6,134 nucleotides of DNA, taken from the IMG/VR virus record IMGVR_UViG_3300020029_000035, positions 1-6,134 of that record; one strand, 5' to 3'. The position numbers were made by a program, and so were the translations under genes. This document shows, in pieces, positions 5,871-6,134 of the stretch. Origin of the DNA: a virus. Under the pieces are notes generated by a model that saw only the letters and a program-made list of their open reading frames with translations, had not been told where the DNA came from and made no database searches. Every line of letters begins with the position of its first letter. The first letter of the stretch is position 1.

Positions 5871-6062
5871 CTACACGTGTGTTATATTGTTAGAACGAAT
5901 AATGTAATCAACACGAACGGTGTCAATATGAACGCCACTACGCTGCATTCTAGCTTGAGCAGCACACGAAGCAAGAAAAAAGGCAGCCAAAGCAGCGACA
6001 ATAGAAGAGACGAGTGTCCAAAACGCCTTCGACTTGTAAAATGGTTGTTTAGTGTCAGACAT
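5871..6062 (-). CDS. Small putative lipoprotein or membrane-anchored protein, 63 aa (mature part about 31 aa).
   Basis: From ATG 6062 the sequence is MSDTKQPFYKSKAF, then the hydrophobic WTLVSSIVAALAAFF, then the lipobox L-A-S-C (Cys codon at 5964..5966), then a short polar tail. This fits a signal peptidase II-type signal. The stop TAG (5871..5873) is 1 nt from the VP2 ATG (5867..5869). Confidence 0.6.
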   Translation of the reverse strand: MSDTKQPFYKSKAFWTLVSSIVAALAAFFLASCAAQARMQRSGVHIDTVRVDYIIRSNNITHV

Positions 6063-6134
6063 GATAGTAAGATTTAAAGAACGATAGAAAAATGCGCGGC
6101 CTCTCCAGCAGTCGTTACCAATAACCTTCAGCAA
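6014..6134. repeat. Right copy of the terminal direct repeat (assembly overlap of a circular genome).
   Basis: Identical to 1..121. The window simply ends inside the repeat. Confidence 0.93.

Larger units (their letters stand above)
1..6013 (-). other. One complete unit of a circular Microviridae (Alpavirinae/gokushovirus-like) ssDNA phage genome. The coding strand is the reverse complement of the window.
   Basis: The terminal 121-nt identity closes a 6,013-nt circle. The VP1/VP2/VP4 core set is present. All long non-nested ORFs are on one strand, with spacers of 1-12 nt or a 1-nt overlap. Confidence 0.88.

Noticed and set aside
178-6077. Plus-strand ORFs from the track: 178..429, 1173..1487, 2808..3272, 3353..3571, 3927..4121, 4316..4618, 4656..4841, 5097..5288, 5877..6077.
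   Set aside because: All are antisense shadows of the minus-strand genes. Microviruses transcribe a single strand. None has a recognisable motif, and they do not tile: they overlap the strong VP1/VP4/VP2 calls.
6063-6134. A longer version of the lipobox ORF. The track starts it at TTG 6134. On the circle the frame stays open to an ATG equivalent to window position 160.
   Set aside because: The extension (MLRARTPLARVRELLKVIGNDCWRGRAFFYRSLNLTI...) would bury the signal peptide about 40 residues from the N-terminus. It would also read through the GC-clamped stem region. The internal ATG at 6062 gives a textbook n-h-c lipoprotein signal, so I prefer the short form, though the start is not proven.
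1-6134. A search for tRNA/rRNA genes, CRISPR repeats, transposase or integrase genes, and internal long repeats.
   Set aside because: I saw nothing resembling these. The only long repeat is the terminal assembly overlap.

Overview
This window is a complete circular genome of a small ssDNA phage of the family Microviridae, of the non-phiX, Alpavirinae/gokushovirus-like type. It is given as the reverse complement of the coding strand. Bases 1..121 are identical to 6014..6134, so the real unit is a 6,013-nt circle and the window ends are an assembly overlap. All credible genes lie on the minus strand and tile the circle tightly. Read in the coding direction (high to low coordinates) the order is: a 63-aa lipobox protein (6062..5871); VP2 pilot/minor capsid protein (5869..4508); a 72-nt spacer with an exact Bacteroidota-type promoter; two unknown ORFs of 105 and 107 aa (4435..4118, 4106..3783); a spacer of about 200 nt with a GC-rich core and nested imperfect inverted repeats; a small basic ORF (3565 or 3646/3661 ..3365); VP4, the HUH rolling-circle Rep (3365..2295); VP1 major capsid protein (2291..492); an acidic 98-aa ORF (479..183); and a 133-nt spacer with a GC-clamped stem followed by a T-run. 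VP1, VP2 and VP4 are recognised from motifs and architecture read by eye, since no database search was possible. The parts worth a second look are the non-core ones. These are the lipoprotein-like gene coupled to VP2 (a candidate lysis or superinfection-exclusion function, which would be new for this phage group), the separately promoted two-ORF module, the GC-rich structured spacer upstream of Rep, and the promoter that points to a Bacteroidota host. I saw no tRNA, rRNA, CRISPR array, integrase or transposase.
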